Source: an uncultured Gammaproteobacteria bacterium
GTDB lineage: Bacteria; Patescibacteriota; Patescibacteriia; UBA9934
Length of the DNA stretch: 64,000 bases
Direction of reading: 5' to 3'
NCBI GenBank assembly: GCA_964552565.1
Contig: CAZKGL010000001.1
Span: forward strand, 237,113-301,112
Under the pieces are notes generated by a model, which was not told the DNA's origin, ran no database searches, and was given only the letters and a program-made list of their open reading frames with translations. The position numbers and the translations under genes are program-made. This document shows positions 16,627 through 26,027 of this stretch, piece after piece; within the stretch, counting starts at the first letter, position 1, and each line of letters opens with the position of its first letter.

Positions 16627-17502
16627 ATGGAACACATCCCGGTACTTGCGAAGGAGGTTCTTGACGGTCTTGCGCTCCGCCCGGGCATGACGGTTCTTGA
16701 CGGCACCCTCGGCCTTGGCGGCCACGCGAACCTCATGCTCGACGCGACGGCGCCGGATGGGCAGTTGGTCGGCTTCGACCGTGACGCACGCAACCTTGCG
16801 CGGGCACAGGAACGGCTGGCGCGGTTCGCCGGACGGACGACGCTCGTCAACGACTCGTTTGGCAACGCCGCACAGTACGACATCCCCGCGCTCGACGCCG
16901 CACTGCTCGACCTTGGCTTCTCGTCGCTCCATGTGGACGACCCCGCACGCGGGTTCTCGTTCATGCACGACGGGCCGCTCGACATGCGGTACGACACGCG
17001 CCAGGAATTGACGGCCGAAGCGGTCGTCAACGGATGGTCGCGCGACGACCTTGCGCAGCTCTTCCGCGCATACGGCGAAGAACCGTACGCGAGCGGCATC
17101 GCGAAGGCGATCACCGAGGCGCGAAAGAAGCAGCGTATTGCGACGACGGGACAATTGGCAGACCTGATTTCATCACTCGCCGGAAGGCCCGCTGGGCGGG
17201 CCGGTGGAGGGCGCCGAACGCATCCTGCAACACGCGTGTTCCAGGCCCTGCGCATTGCGGTGAATGATGAGCTCGGAGAGCTCGCACGCGGACTCACGGC
17301 GCTTACCGAACGGTTGAAACCCGGCGGAAGGCTCGCGGTCATCACGTTCCATTCGCTCGAAGACCGGGCGGTGAAGCGGTTCATGAAGGAGACGGAGGGG
17401 CTCGCGACGTTGACGAAGAAACCGGTCGTCCCGTCCCGCGACGAAGTGGTCCGCAACCCGCGGTCGCGCAGCGCAAAGCTGCGGATCGCCATCAAGCAGT
17501 AA
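16627..17502 (+). CDS. rsmH: 16S rRNA m4C1402 methyltransferase
   Basis: HIPVL, DGTLGLGGH, RGFSF..DGPLDMR, HPATRVFQALRIAVN, TFHSLEDR, NPRSRSAKLR. Confidence 0.97.
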   Translation: MEHIPVLAKEVLDGLALRPGMTVLDGTLGLGGHANLMLDATAPDGQLVGFDRDARNLARAQERLARFAGRTTLVNDSFGNAAQYDIPALDAALLDLGFSSLHVDDPARGFSFMHDGPLDMRYDTRQELTAEAVVNGWSRDDLAQLFRAYGEEPYASGIAKAITEARKKQRIATTGQLADLISSLAGRPAGRAGGGRRTHPATRVFQALRIAVNDELGELARGLTALTERLKPGGRLAVITFHSLEDRAVKRFMKETEGLATLTKKPVVPSRDEVVRNPRSRSAKLRIAIKQ

Positions 17503-17519
17503 CGCATACGAAGGAGGAT

Positions 17520-17837
17520 ATGTCGGAGGCACGCACACGCATCGCCGTCTTACTCGGCAACAAAAAGCTCCTCAACACCGTCGTCGCCGGTCTCATCGTT
17601 GCGTTCGGCGTGTTGTACATCGCCCAAGTGAACGCCGCGGCGAGCAAGGGCTTGGCGTTGCGCGCCCTCGAAGAGCGGAACGACGCGCTGCGCGTTGAAG
17701 TGCAGATGACTGCGGCGAAAATCGATGAGCTGCGTTCGCTCGACAGCGTCATGCAGCGCGAACAATTGCTTGGCCTGGTAAAGGCGGAACGCGTTTCGTA
17801 CGTCAGCGTACCGAGCGGCGCCGTGGCGCTCCGTTAG
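17520..17837 (+). CDS. FtsL-like single-TM coiled-coil protein
   Basis: Position after rsmH; TM helix followed by coiled coil. Confidence 0.65.
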   Translation: MSEARTRIAVLLGNKKLLNTVVAGLIVAFGVLYIAQVNAAASKGLALRALEERNDALRVEVQMTAAKIDELRSLDSVMQREQLLGLVKAERVSYVSVPSGAVALR

Positions 17838-17851
17838 GAAATGGTGCTACA

Positions 17852-19459
17852 ATGACGGCATCTATGCCGTCTGATGGTTCGAACACTCGACGACCGCGAC
17901 CGGCGGTTCTTGTTGTTCTCGACGGGTTTGGCGTTGCGCCGGACGGCGAAGGGAACGCCATCGCGCAGGCCGACGCACCGACGTTCGCCATGCTCACGTC
18001 GCGCTATCCTGTGATGACGCTGCGCGCATCCGGGGAGACCGTTGGGCTCTCATGGGGCGAGATGGGCAACTCGGAAGTCGGCCACCTCACGATCGGCGCG
18101 GGCCGCGTGTACTACCAGACGCTGCCGCGCATCAACCGCGCCATCCAAGACGGGAGTTTTGCGACGATGCCAGCGTTTCTCGGCGCGGTGGAGCACGTCA
18201 CACAGTCAAAAGGGACGCTGCACCTGCTTGGCATCGTGTCGGCCGGCAAGGTGCACGGGTTCGACGAACATTGCGTCGAGCTGTTGAAGGTTGCGAAGGC
18301 AAACGGGCTGAAGGACGTTGCGGTCCATGCCATCCTCGACGGCCGCGACACGCTGTACAACTCGGGCATCGATTTTCTCACTGCGCTCGAAGCGAAGATG
18401 GCGGAGATCGGCGTCGGGCGTATCGCGTCCTTGTCCGGCCGCTATTACGCGATGGATCGCGACAACCGTTGGGACCGCGTCGAAAAAGCGTATCACGCCA
18501 TCGCGCTCGGGCAGGGCAATACCGCGACGTCGGCGCGCCAGGCGATAACCGATTCCTACGCGAAAGAGGTCTACGACGAAGAGTTTGTCCCCACCGTGCT
18601 CACGGAGAGCGGGAAACCGGTCGCGCCCGTCGCGGAAGGCGATGCGGTCATCTTTTTCAATTTCCGTCCCGACCGCGCACGCGAACTCACGAAAGCGTTC
18701 GCGTTGCCGTCGTTCGACAAGTTTTCCCGCGCCTACATCAAGGACCTCATGTTCGTGACGTTTACGGAGTACGAAGAAGGGCTGCCGGTCACGGTCGCGT
18801 TCCCGCCGGTCGCGATTACGAATACGCTTGCCGAAGTGCTGTCGCAGCACGGGCTCGTGCAACTCCACATCGCCGAGACGGAAAAGTACGCCCACGTCAC
18901 GTTTTTCATGAACGGCACGCGGGAAGATCCGTTCCCGAACGAAGACCGCGTCATCATCCCGTCGCCGTCGGTCGCGAGTTATGACAAGGCTCCGGAGATG
19001 TCGGCGCGCGCCATTGCGGACCGCGTTGTCAAAGAGATCGGGACCGGCAACTACGACGCCATCATCATGAACCTCGCGAATCCCGACATGGTCGGCCACA
19101 CCGGCGACCTCCTCGCGACGAAGAAGGCGGTCGAGGTCGTCGACGGCTGCGTGCGCGACATCGTCGACGCGGCGCTTGCGGCGGACGGCGTGGTGTTCAT
19201 TACCGCCGACCACGGCAACGCGGAAGAGGTGCTCAACCTGCAAACGCGCGGCGTGGACAAGGAGCACAGCACGAACCCGGTGCCGTTTTGGATCGTCGGC
19301 AAGCAGTTTGAAGGGAAGACGTCGCCGAGCGGCGACGTCCCGAACGGCGACCTGTCGCTCGTCCCGCCGGTCGGTATGCTCGCCGACGTCGCCCCGACCA
19401 TCCTCAAGGTGCTTGGCATCCCCCAGCCGCCGGACATGACCGGCGCGCCACTGATTTGA
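17852..19459 (+). CDS. gpmI: 2,3-bisphosphoglycerate-independent phosphoglycerate mutase
   Basis: LVVLDGFG, GEMGNSEVGH, GRYYAMDRDNRW, AETEKYAHVTFF, DMVGHTG, TADHGNAE. Confidence 0.97.
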   Translation: MTASMPSDGSNTRRPRPAVLVVLDGFGVAPDGEGNAIAQADAPTFAMLTSRYPVMTLRASGETVGLSWGEMGNSEVGHLTIGAGRVYYQTLPRINRAIQDGSFATMPAFLGAVEHVTQSKGTLHLLGIVSAGKVHGFDEHCVELLKVAKANGLKDVAVHAILDGRDTLYNSGIDFLTALEAKMAEIGVGRIASLSGRYYAMDRDNRWDRVEKAYHAIALGQGNTATSARQAITDSYAKEVYDEEFVPTVLTESGKPVAPVAEGDAVIFFNFRPDRARELTKAFALPSFDKFSRAYIKDLMFVTFTEYEEGLPVTVAFPPVAITNTLAEVLSQHGLVQLHIAETEKYAHVTFFMNGTREDPFPNEDRVIIPSPSVASYDKAPEMSARAIADRVVKEIGTGNYDAIIMNLANPDMVGHTGDLLATKKAVEVVDGCVRDIVDAALAADGVVFITADHGNAEEVLNLQTRGVDKEHSTNPVPFWIVGKQFEGKTSPSGDVPNGDLSLVPPVGMLADVAPTILKVLGIPQPPDMTGAPLI

Positions 19460-19460
19460 T

Positions 19461-19592
19461 ATGTCCCCCCAAGATAAAAAAGTCCTCATTGTGTGCGGCA
19501 TCGTGCTCGTCGTCGGCGTTGTCATCCTCGCGGTCGCGGTGAGCGGCGGCGACTTCCGCTACGCCCCGGGCGGTTGGGTGCCGAACGCATAA
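19461..19592 (+). CDS. small single-TM protein (43 aa)
   Basis: Manual ORF MSPQDKKVLIVCGIVLVVGVVILAVAVSGGDFRYAPGGWVPNA fills the gpmI-nth gap almost exactly. Confidence 0.6.
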   Translation: MSPQDKKVLIVCGIVLVVGVVILAVAVSGGDFRYAPGGWVPNA

Positions 19593-19594
19593 TT

Positions 19595-20314
19595 GTGCCC
19601 ACGCCTGCGCACATCGCCACGGCACTTAAGCGGCTCCGCGCGAGGTATCCCTCGAGCGGGGCGCTTGAAATCGGGACGCCGTACCACATGGTGTCGCTCG
19701 TCATCATGTCGGCGCGGACGCGCGACGACCAAGTGCTCAAACTCGCGCCGCGGTTTTTCCGCGCCTTCCCGACGGTGCACGACCTCGCAAGGGCCGACGT
19801 CGCGACGGTCGCGGCGACCATCAACACGATTGGCATGTACAAGCAGAAGGCGAAGAACCTCTGCGCGATGGCGCAGCGTCTCGTGAACGATTTCGGCGGC
19901 AAAGTTCCGAGTACGATGGACGAGCTCGTGTCGCTCCCGGGCGTGGGGCGCAAGACGGCGAGCGTCATCCTCGTTGCCGCGTTCGACGTCCCCGCGATCG
20001 CCGTCGACACGCATGTGCACCGCGTTACGAACCGTCTCGGCTGGGTGAAAACGAAAACGCCTGCGGAGACGGAACGGGAACTTCGCCGCCGTGTCGCGGA
20101 AAAGGACTGGCCGACCATCAACAAGGTCTTCGTCCCGTTCGGCCGCGCCATTTGCATTCCCGGGTCGCCGCGTTGCTCCCTGTGCCCGCTTGTCGATGTC
20201 TGCCAATTCAAGAAGAAAAACCTCGATGCGCCGCGCAATGTCGAGGCGATCACAGCCGCAATCGCACGCCAGGAGGCCGCACTTGCCCGGCTGAAAGCAA
20301 ATGCCGTACAGTAG
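19595..20314 (+). CDS. nth: endonuclease III
   Basis: HhH LPGVGRKTA, AVDTHVHRV, C-terminal C-X6-C-X2-C-X5-C. Confidence 0.93.
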   Translation: MPTPAHIATALKRLRARYPSSGALEIGTPYHMVSLVIMSARTRDDQVLKLAPRFFRAFPTVHDLARADVATVAATINTIGMYKQKAKNLCAMAQRLVNDFGGKVPSTMDELVSLPGVGRKTASVILVAAFDVPAIAVDTHVHRVTNRLGWVKTKTPAETERELRRRVAEKDWPTINKVFVPFGRAICIPGSPRCSLCPLVDVCQFKKKNLDAPRNVEAITAAIARQEAALARLKANAVQ

Positions 20315-20323
20315 GGTCTCACT

Positions 20324-21076
20324 ATGGCAAAGATCCAGGCGGTTATTTTGGCCGGCGGGAAGGGGACGCGCCTTGCGCCGCTGACGGACAATCTCCCGAA
20401 ACCGTTGGTGCAGGTCGCGGGCGTGCCGATTCTTTGGTACGTGCTTGGCCATCTCCGCCGCGCCGGCATGACCGACGTCGCCATCTCCGTCGCGCACCTC
20501 GGGCACATGATTGAAGACGCGCTCGGCGACGGCGGCGCGTTTGGCATGCGGGTGACGTATCTGCGCGAACCGGAGCCGATGGGGACCGGTGGGTGGGCGA
20601 AGCTCGTCGATTGGGATGCGCTCGACGACCATTTCCTCGTGTTGAACGCCGACAACATGTTTTGGATCGACCTCCCGCAGTTCCTGGCGCGGCACCACGG
20701 CGAAGGCGGCGTCGCGACGCTCGCGGCGATCGAGCTGCCGGCGGGCGACATCATGAACTATGAAATCCTCCGGCCGTCAGACGCGAAGACACGGCTCGAC
20801 GCGTGGGTCGATCGTTCGCGCACCGCGGAGGAGCTTGCGGGGAAGGCGAGCGGGTTCATCAACTCCGGTTGGTATGTCATGACGCCGGCCGTGCGGCCGT
20901 TCGTGACGGACGTGTTGCCGTTCTCAAACGAAACGCATTTGTGGCCTGCGCTTGCCGCGTCCGGCGAAACGATTGGGTTCTACCACGCAACCGAACCGTG
21001 GTTTGATTCCGGCACGCACGAGCGGCTCGCCCGCATTGAAGAATTTTTGAAGAACAATCCGAACTATGGTGCGTAA
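20324..21076 (+). CDS. NDP-sugar pyrophosphorylase / nucleotidyltransferase family
   Basis: AVILAGGKGTRLAPLT..PKPL, EPMGTGG, WFDSGT. Confidence 0.88.
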   Translation: MAKIQAVILAGGKGTRLAPLTDNLPKPLVQVAGVPILWYVLGHLRRAGMTDVAISVAHLGHMIEDALGDGGAFGMRVTYLREPEPMGTGGWAKLVDWDALDDHFLVLNADNMFWIDLPQFLARHHGEGGVATLAAIELPAGDIMNYEILRPSDAKTRLDAWVDRSRTAEELAGKASGFINSGWYVMTPAVRPFVTDVLPFSNETHLWPALAASGETIGFYHATEPWFDSGTHERLARIEEFLKNNPNYGA

Positions 21077-22085
21077 GATTTTGCTCGGACTTGTTGCGCT
21101 CGGCGCCGTCGTTCTCATCTTCATCGGCATCGCCGCGCGCCAAGCGTATCGGTTTTGGATCGCAACACCCGAATCGCTCGACACGGCGGAAATTATCGTC
21201 GAGGAAGGTGAGACGTTGTCGGAAGTCGTTCCCGAGCTCGCTGATGCCGGTCTCGTGAACCCGTTCTGGTTTAAAGTGTACGCAAAGCTTTTTGGCGGCA
21301 GTTATATCCAGGCCGGGGAGTACCAAGTCACGTATGGGACGAGCTACGCCGCTATCCTCGACACGCTGCAACACGCGACCGTGGGGGAGGTTTTTGTCAC
21401 GTTCCCCGAGGGCTTTACCATCGCGCAGATGGGGGAGCGAGTCGTCGCGAGTTTTCCGGAAATTACCCAAGAAGAATGGGCGAAGATGACCGGCCAGTTT
21501 TCGCCGCTAGAATCGCATGCCTTCATTGTTGCGGCGGAGAAGCCGGACGGCGTTGACCTCGAAGGATACCTCTTTCCGGACACCTACCAGTTCTTCGAAG
21601 ACGCGACGGCCGAGCAGATCGTCACGATCATGATCGACACGATGGCGGAGCGCGTGCGGACGGTCGGGCTCGCGGAACATCTGTCCGACGAGATCCCGAC
21701 GTTGCACGACGCGCTGACGCTCGCGTCCATCGTTGAGAAAGAGGTCCGCCAGCCCGAGACAATGGCGAACGTCGCCGACATTTTTTTGAAGCGCCTGGCG
21801 ATCGGCATGGCGTTGCAATCCGACGCGACCATCAACTACGTCACAGGCGGCGACGACCCGAGCGTGTCGCTTGCCGATCTCGAGATCGAATCCGAGTACA
21901 ACACGTACAAATATCCCGGCCTTCCGCCGGGCCCCATCAGCAACCCCGGACTGAACGCGCTTGCCGCGGTCGCAACGCCGGCGCAGAACAACTATTACTA
22001 CTTCCTCACGACCGACGACGGTGAGGTGTATTACGCGACAACGCACGACGAACACGTCGCCAACAAGGCGCGCTACTTGCGCTAA
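21066..22085 (+). CDS. mltG: endolytic transglycosylase MltG
   Basis: N-terminal TM, LEGYLFPDTY, ASIVEKE, LQSDAT, YNTYKYPGLPPGPISNPG. Confidence 0.95.
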   Translation: MVRKILLGLVALGAVVLIFIGIAARQAYRFWIATPESLDTAEIIVEEGETLSEVVPELADAGLVNPFWFKVYAKLFGGSYIQAGEYQVTYGTSYAAILDTLQHATVGEVFVTFPEGFTIAQMGERVVASFPEITQEEWAKMTGQFSPLESHAFIVAAEKPDGVDLEGYLFPDTYQFFEDATAEQIVTIMIDTMAERVRTVGLAEHLSDEIPTLHDALTLASIVEKEVRQPETMANVADIFLKRLAIGMALQSDATINYVTGGDDPSVSLADLEIESEYNTYKYPGLPPGPISNPGLNALAAVATPAQNNYYYFLTTDDGEVYYATTHDEHVANKARYLR

Positions 22086-22088
22086 TGG

Positions 22089-22116
22089 TTGACGCTGCTC
22101 GTACGGCGTGTAGGAT
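22089..22116 (+). promoter_or_regulatory. sigma70-like promoter of candidate ncRNA
   Basis: TTGACG-16-TAGGAT. Confidence 0.5.
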
Positions 22117-22120
22117 AGAA

Positions 22121-22531
22121 ACGCAGCCGTACCCGGCCTGGAAGGCGTGAGGGCTTTACTAGTGGGCCCGATCGACGACCTTGCTTGTGGTGAACCCCCG
22201 CGTCACATGTCTGCGCCTGTGGCGGGCGCATCCGGTAGTAGCATTGGGGACCGGCTCCCCCATGTGACGTGCCGTGCACTCCGGTGGCCGTGTCGTGTAA
22301 AGAAGCACGGTGGGAATGGTGAGGGTGTACGGCGCAAGAACGCCTGCATCCGGGAAGCGCCAGGGCTACCGTGGCGCGGTCGGTCCATCCGACTTGGGCA
22401 GTGCCGCACCGAGCGTCGATCCGTCTCCTCCATCTCGGCACGCCCACCCTCTCCTCGTCGACGAGCCCCTGTGCGCAGGGAATCGCGACCCAGTGCGGCG
22501 ACGTCCTTCGGGACGTCGCCGCTTCATTTTT
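22121..22531 (+). ncRNA. candidate ~400-nt structured ncRNA, family not recognised
   Basis: 500-bp gap with no convincing ORF; many complementary segments; bounded by a promoter and a UUCG terminator. Confidence 0.55.
22495..22531 (+). terminator. strong intrinsic terminator
   Basis: GCGGCGACGTCC-TTCG-GGACGTCGCCGC then TTCATTTTT. Confidence 0.85.
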
Positions 22532-22593
22532 AGCCAAATTTTGTTCTGAATCCGGGTGACTTAGACACACGGGTGTGGTAAAATCCACGCATT

Positions 22594-24714
22594 ATGAAAG
22601 AGTTCGTGCTCAGCGGTGCCGGGTTCGGCAGCCGGAAGATCGACTACGCCGCGGAGCTGAACGACGAGCAGCGCGAACCGGTCGTGCACGGTGACGGCGC
22701 GACCCTGGTGCTCGCCGGCGCGGGAAGCGGCAAGACGCGCGTCATCACGTACCGCGTCGCATGGCTCCTCGAGCAGGGCGTGCCGCCGGAGCGCATCCTG
22801 CTCCTCACGTTTACCAACAAGGCGGCGCGCGAAATGGTGAGCCGCGTCGAAGCGCTGCTTGGCGTCTATCCGCACGGGCTGTGGGCCGGCACATTTCACT
22901 CCATCGCCAACCGCATCTTGCGCATGTACGGCAGCCGCGAGGGCTTTGCGCCGAACTTTTCTATCCTCGACGAAGAGGACGCGGGCGACCTCATCAAGTT
23001 GTGCACGAAGCACCTGAAGATCGACACCGCGGGCAAGCGCTTCCCGAGTCCGAACGTGCTGAAGGGCGTCATCTCGTACCGCCGCAACGCCGCCATGTCG
23101 ATGGAAGACGTGCTCAGCCGCAAGCATCCGCACCTCTTGCCGATGCTCGCGGACATCGAACGCGTCGCGGACATGTACGAACGCCAAAAGGCGGAGCAGC
23201 AGGCGATGGACTTCGACGACTTGCTGACGGTGCTCTTGCGCCTGCTCCGCAACCATCCGGACGTGCGCGAAAAACTCGCGGACCAGTTTGCGTACATCCT
23301 CGTCGACGAGTTCCAGGACACGAACGTCATCCAGGCGGACATCGTCCACGCGCTGGCCGGGACGCACGGCAATATCCTCGCGGTCGGCGACGACGCGCAG
23401 AGCATCTACTCGTTCCGCGCCGCGGAGATCCGCAACATCCTCGACTTCCCGCGCCGCTACCCGGACGCGAAGGTGTTCCGTTTGGTGACGAATTACCGCT
23501 CAACGCCGCAGATCCTCGCTATCGCGAACAGCGTCATCGCGCACAACGAAAATCAGTTTGCAAAAGAACTCGTCGCCGCGGTGCACGACGGGGAGAGGCC
23601 GCAGCTCGTCCCTGCGAACTCCGCGTCGCAAGAGGCGCAGTTCGTCGTGGAACAGATCTGTGCGCTGCTTGACGAGGGCGCGGCGCCATCGTCCGTCGCC
23701 GTGCTGTTCCGCGCGGCATTCCACTCGCAACAAGTGGAATTCGAACTCATGAAGCGCGGTATTCCGTACGAGTACCGCGGCGGCATGAAGTTTTTCGAAC
23801 GCGCCCATGTCAAAGACGCGTTGGCGCATCTGCGCACCATCCATAACGTCAAAGACCTCATGGCGTGGAACCGCGCGCTGACGCTCCAGCCCGGACTCGG
23901 CCTCACGACCGCAAACAAGATCGCGACGACGCTCGCGCAGGCGGCGACGATCGACGAGGCGGTCGCATCGACGCCGGTGACGGCGCCCAAAGCACGGGCC
24001 GGATGGGAGGGGACGCAGCGTATGCTCCGCGCCATGCTCGCGGCACGGCCGTCGGTCGCCGACGTGCTCCGTGCGTTCGCCGCAAGCGACGACTACCGCG
24101 CGTATCTCGAAGGGGAATACCCGAACTGGCGCGAGCGCCTCGATGACGTCGAACAGCTCGCCGTGTTTGCGGAGCAGTACCAGGAACTCGGCGGGTTCCT
24201 CGACGCGGTGAGCTTGACCGCGGAATTCGGGGCGCGCATCGACGACCCGGCGCAACCTGAGGATGAAGCGGAAGGCGACGCGCTCGTGCTTTCAACGATC
24301 CACCAGGCCAAGGGGCTCGAGTGGGACACCGTCTTCATCATCAACCTTTCGGAGGGCGGGTTCCCGAGCGGACGCGCGCTCGACGAAGAGGGTGGGCTTG
24401 AAGAAGAGCGTCGGCTGTTCTATGTTGCCGCCACGCGCGCGCGGAAAAAACTCTTCCTCACATACCCCATCACTGCGGGCTACGAGCACGTGGAGCTCCG
24501 CCAGCCGTCGACGTTCCTCACGGAGATTCCCAAGCACGAGCTCGAAGAAGTGCGCTTGCGGTACGGCGGATCATGGCAAGCGACACAAGAACATCGCCGG
24601 GGTCCCCGCACCCCGGCATGGGACGACGAACCGACGATCGTGCTCGACGACGACGGCGAGCGCGTCACGAAGCCTGCGCCGAAATCATTCTTGCGTGATC
24701 TCGATGACCTGTAG
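22594..24714 (+). CDS. ATP-dependent DNA helicase UvrD/PcrA family
   Basis: LAGAGSGKT, LLTFTNKAAREM, VDEFQDTN, VGDDAQSIYSFR, NYRST, STIHQAKGLEW, EERRLFYVA. Confidence 0.95.
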   Translation: MKEFVLSGAGFGSRKIDYAAELNDEQREPVVHGDGATLVLAGAGSGKTRVITYRVAWLLEQGVPPERILLLTFTNKAAREMVSRVEALLGVYPHGLWAGTFHSIANRILRMYGSREGFAPNFSILDEEDAGDLIKLCTKHLKIDTAGKRFPSPNVLKGVISYRRNAAMSMEDVLSRKHPHLLPMLADIERVADMYERQKAEQQAMDFDDLLTVLLRLLRNHPDVREKLADQFAYILVDEFQDTNVIQADIVHALAGTHGNILAVGDDAQSIYSFRAAEIRNILDFPRRYPDAKVFRLVTNYRSTPQILAIANSVIAHNENQFAKELVAAVHDGERPQLVPANSASQEAQFVVEQICALLDEGAAPSSVAVLFRAAFHSQQVEFELMKRGIPYEYRGGMKFFERAHVKDALAHLRTIHNVKDLMAWNRALTLQPGLGLTTANKIATTLAQAATIDEAVASTPVTAPKARAGWEGTQRMLRAMLAARPSVADVLRAFAASDDYRAYLEGEYPNWRERLDDVEQLAVFAEQYQELGGFLDAVSLTAEFGARIDDPAQPEDEAEGDALVLSTIHQAKGLEWDTVFIINLSEGGFPSGRALDEEGGLEEERRLFYVAATRARKKLFLTYPITAGYEHVELRQPSTFLTEIPKHELEEVRLRYGGSWQATQEHRRGPRTPAWDDEPTIVLDDDGERVTKPAPKSFLRDLDDL
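24596..24617. repeat. REP-like palindrome in-frame within the helicase C-terminus
   Basis: GCCGGGG-TCCCCGCA-CCCCGGC; same loop as the RAYT-flanking REPs. Confidence 0.6.
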
Positions 24715-24890
24715 AAGTGGCCGGGTCCTGCCGCCTCGGACCCCGTCGCGCTAAGCGCGACCCCGCTGGGTGCTCGAGTCGCTTCGCTCCCTGTGCGCCC
24801 ATCGGGGGCCTCCCTCGGCGTCACCCCTTTATTGGTCGAGGCGCAGCGTTCATGTCTCGCATTGTCACGCGACCGCATACAAATTCTTCT

Positions 24891-26027
24891 ATGAACTACG
24901 CTGAACGATCCCTCGAAGCACACGCGACGCACCGCGGAAAGTGGACGATTGCGAGCAAGATGCCGCTCGAAACAAAGGATGATTTGTCGATCGCCTACAC
25001 GCCCGGCGTCGCGGAGCCGTGCCGCGCGATTGCCGCAGACCCCGCGAAGGCCATGACGCTCACTATGAAAGGGAATGCGGTTGCGGTGGTGAGCGACGGT
25101 TCGTCCGTGCTCGGGCTCGGCAACATCGGTCCCATGGCCGGGCTTCCGGTGATGGAAGGGAAGGCGGTGTTGTATAAAAAATATGCGGATATCGACGCGG
25201 TGCCGATCGTGCTTGCGTCGCAGGATGTGGACGACATCGTCCACGCCGTTGCAATGATTGCGCCGACGTTCGGCGGCATCCACCTCGAGGACATCGCCGC
25301 GCCCGCGTGTTTTGCCGTCGAGCGCCGGCTGTCGGAGATGCTCGACATCCCGGTGATGCATGACGACCAGCACGCGACCGCGATCGTGACCGTCGCCGCG
25401 CTCACGAACGCGCTCAAGGTCGTCGGCAAGGAGATGGCCGGCGTGCGCATCGTCGTGAACGGCGCGGGCGCAGCTGGCATTGCCATCACGAAGCTCCTCC
25501 TTGCCGCCAGTGCGACGCAACTCGTGCTTGTCGATTCGAAAGGCATTATCGCCACCGGCCGTGAAGGGATGAATGCGGAGAAAGAAGAGCTCGCGGCGCG
25601 GATCAATCCGTCTGCTGCGACAGGGACGCTTGCCGACGCGTTGGCGGGAGCCGACGTCTTCATCGGCGTCAGCAAGCCGAACCTCGTGACGCAAGAGATG
25701 GTGCGTTCGATGCGTCCGTCGCCGATCGTCTTCGCGCTCGCGAATCCCGATCCGGAGATCCGTCCCGAGGATGCAAAGGCTGCGGGCGCCGCCGTCGTCG
25801 CGACCGGCCGGTCGGACTTCCCGAACCAAGTGAACAACGTGCTCGTGTACCCCGGGCTGTTCCGCGGCTTGCTCGATACGCATCGGAAGCTCGACGACAC
25901 GGCACGCATCGCCGCAGCGCGGGCGCTTGCCGCGATGGTCGCCGAACCGACGGCGGAGCAGATCATTCCGTCTATTTTGGATGTGAACCCCGCGCCGGTT
26001 ATCGCCGACGCGATCCGCGGGCTATGA
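24891..26027 (+). CDS. NAD(P)-dependent malic enzyme
   Basis: AYTPGVAEPC, VLGLGNIG, PVMEGKAVL, HLEDIAAP, HDDQH, GAGAAG, FALANPDPEI, ATGRSDFPNQVNN. Confidence 0.95.
   Translation: MNYAERSLEAHATHRGKWTIASKMPLETKDDLSIAYTPGVAEPCRAIAADPAKAMTLTMKGNAVAVVSDGSSVLGLGNIGPMAGLPVMEGKAVLYKKYADIDAVPIVLASQDVDDIVHAVAMIAPTFGGIHLEDIAAPACFAVERRLSEMLDIPVMHDDQHATAIVTVAALTNALKVVGKEMAGVRIVVNGAGAAGIAITKLLLAASATQLVLVDSKGIIATGREGMNAEKEELAARINPSAATGTLADALAGADVFIGVSKPNLVTQEMVRSMRPSPIVFALANPDPEIRPEDAKAAGAAVVATGRSDFPNQVNNVLVYPGLFRGLLDTHRKLDDTARIAAARALAAMVAEPTAEQIIPSILDVNPAPVIADAIRGL

Noticed and set aside
22121-22531. RNase P RNA, tmRNA, SRP or cobalamin riboswitch identity for this region
   Set aside because: No GAGGAAAGTCC, no tRNA-like TTCGA...CCA end, no SRP helix-8 loop and no complete B12-box on either strand by eye; a cmscan is still needed
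22082-22588. ORFs 22147-22533(+) and 22082-22588(-) as proteins
   Set aside because: Arg/Pro/Ser-rich shadow-like composition, no SD, and they run through the terminator hairpin
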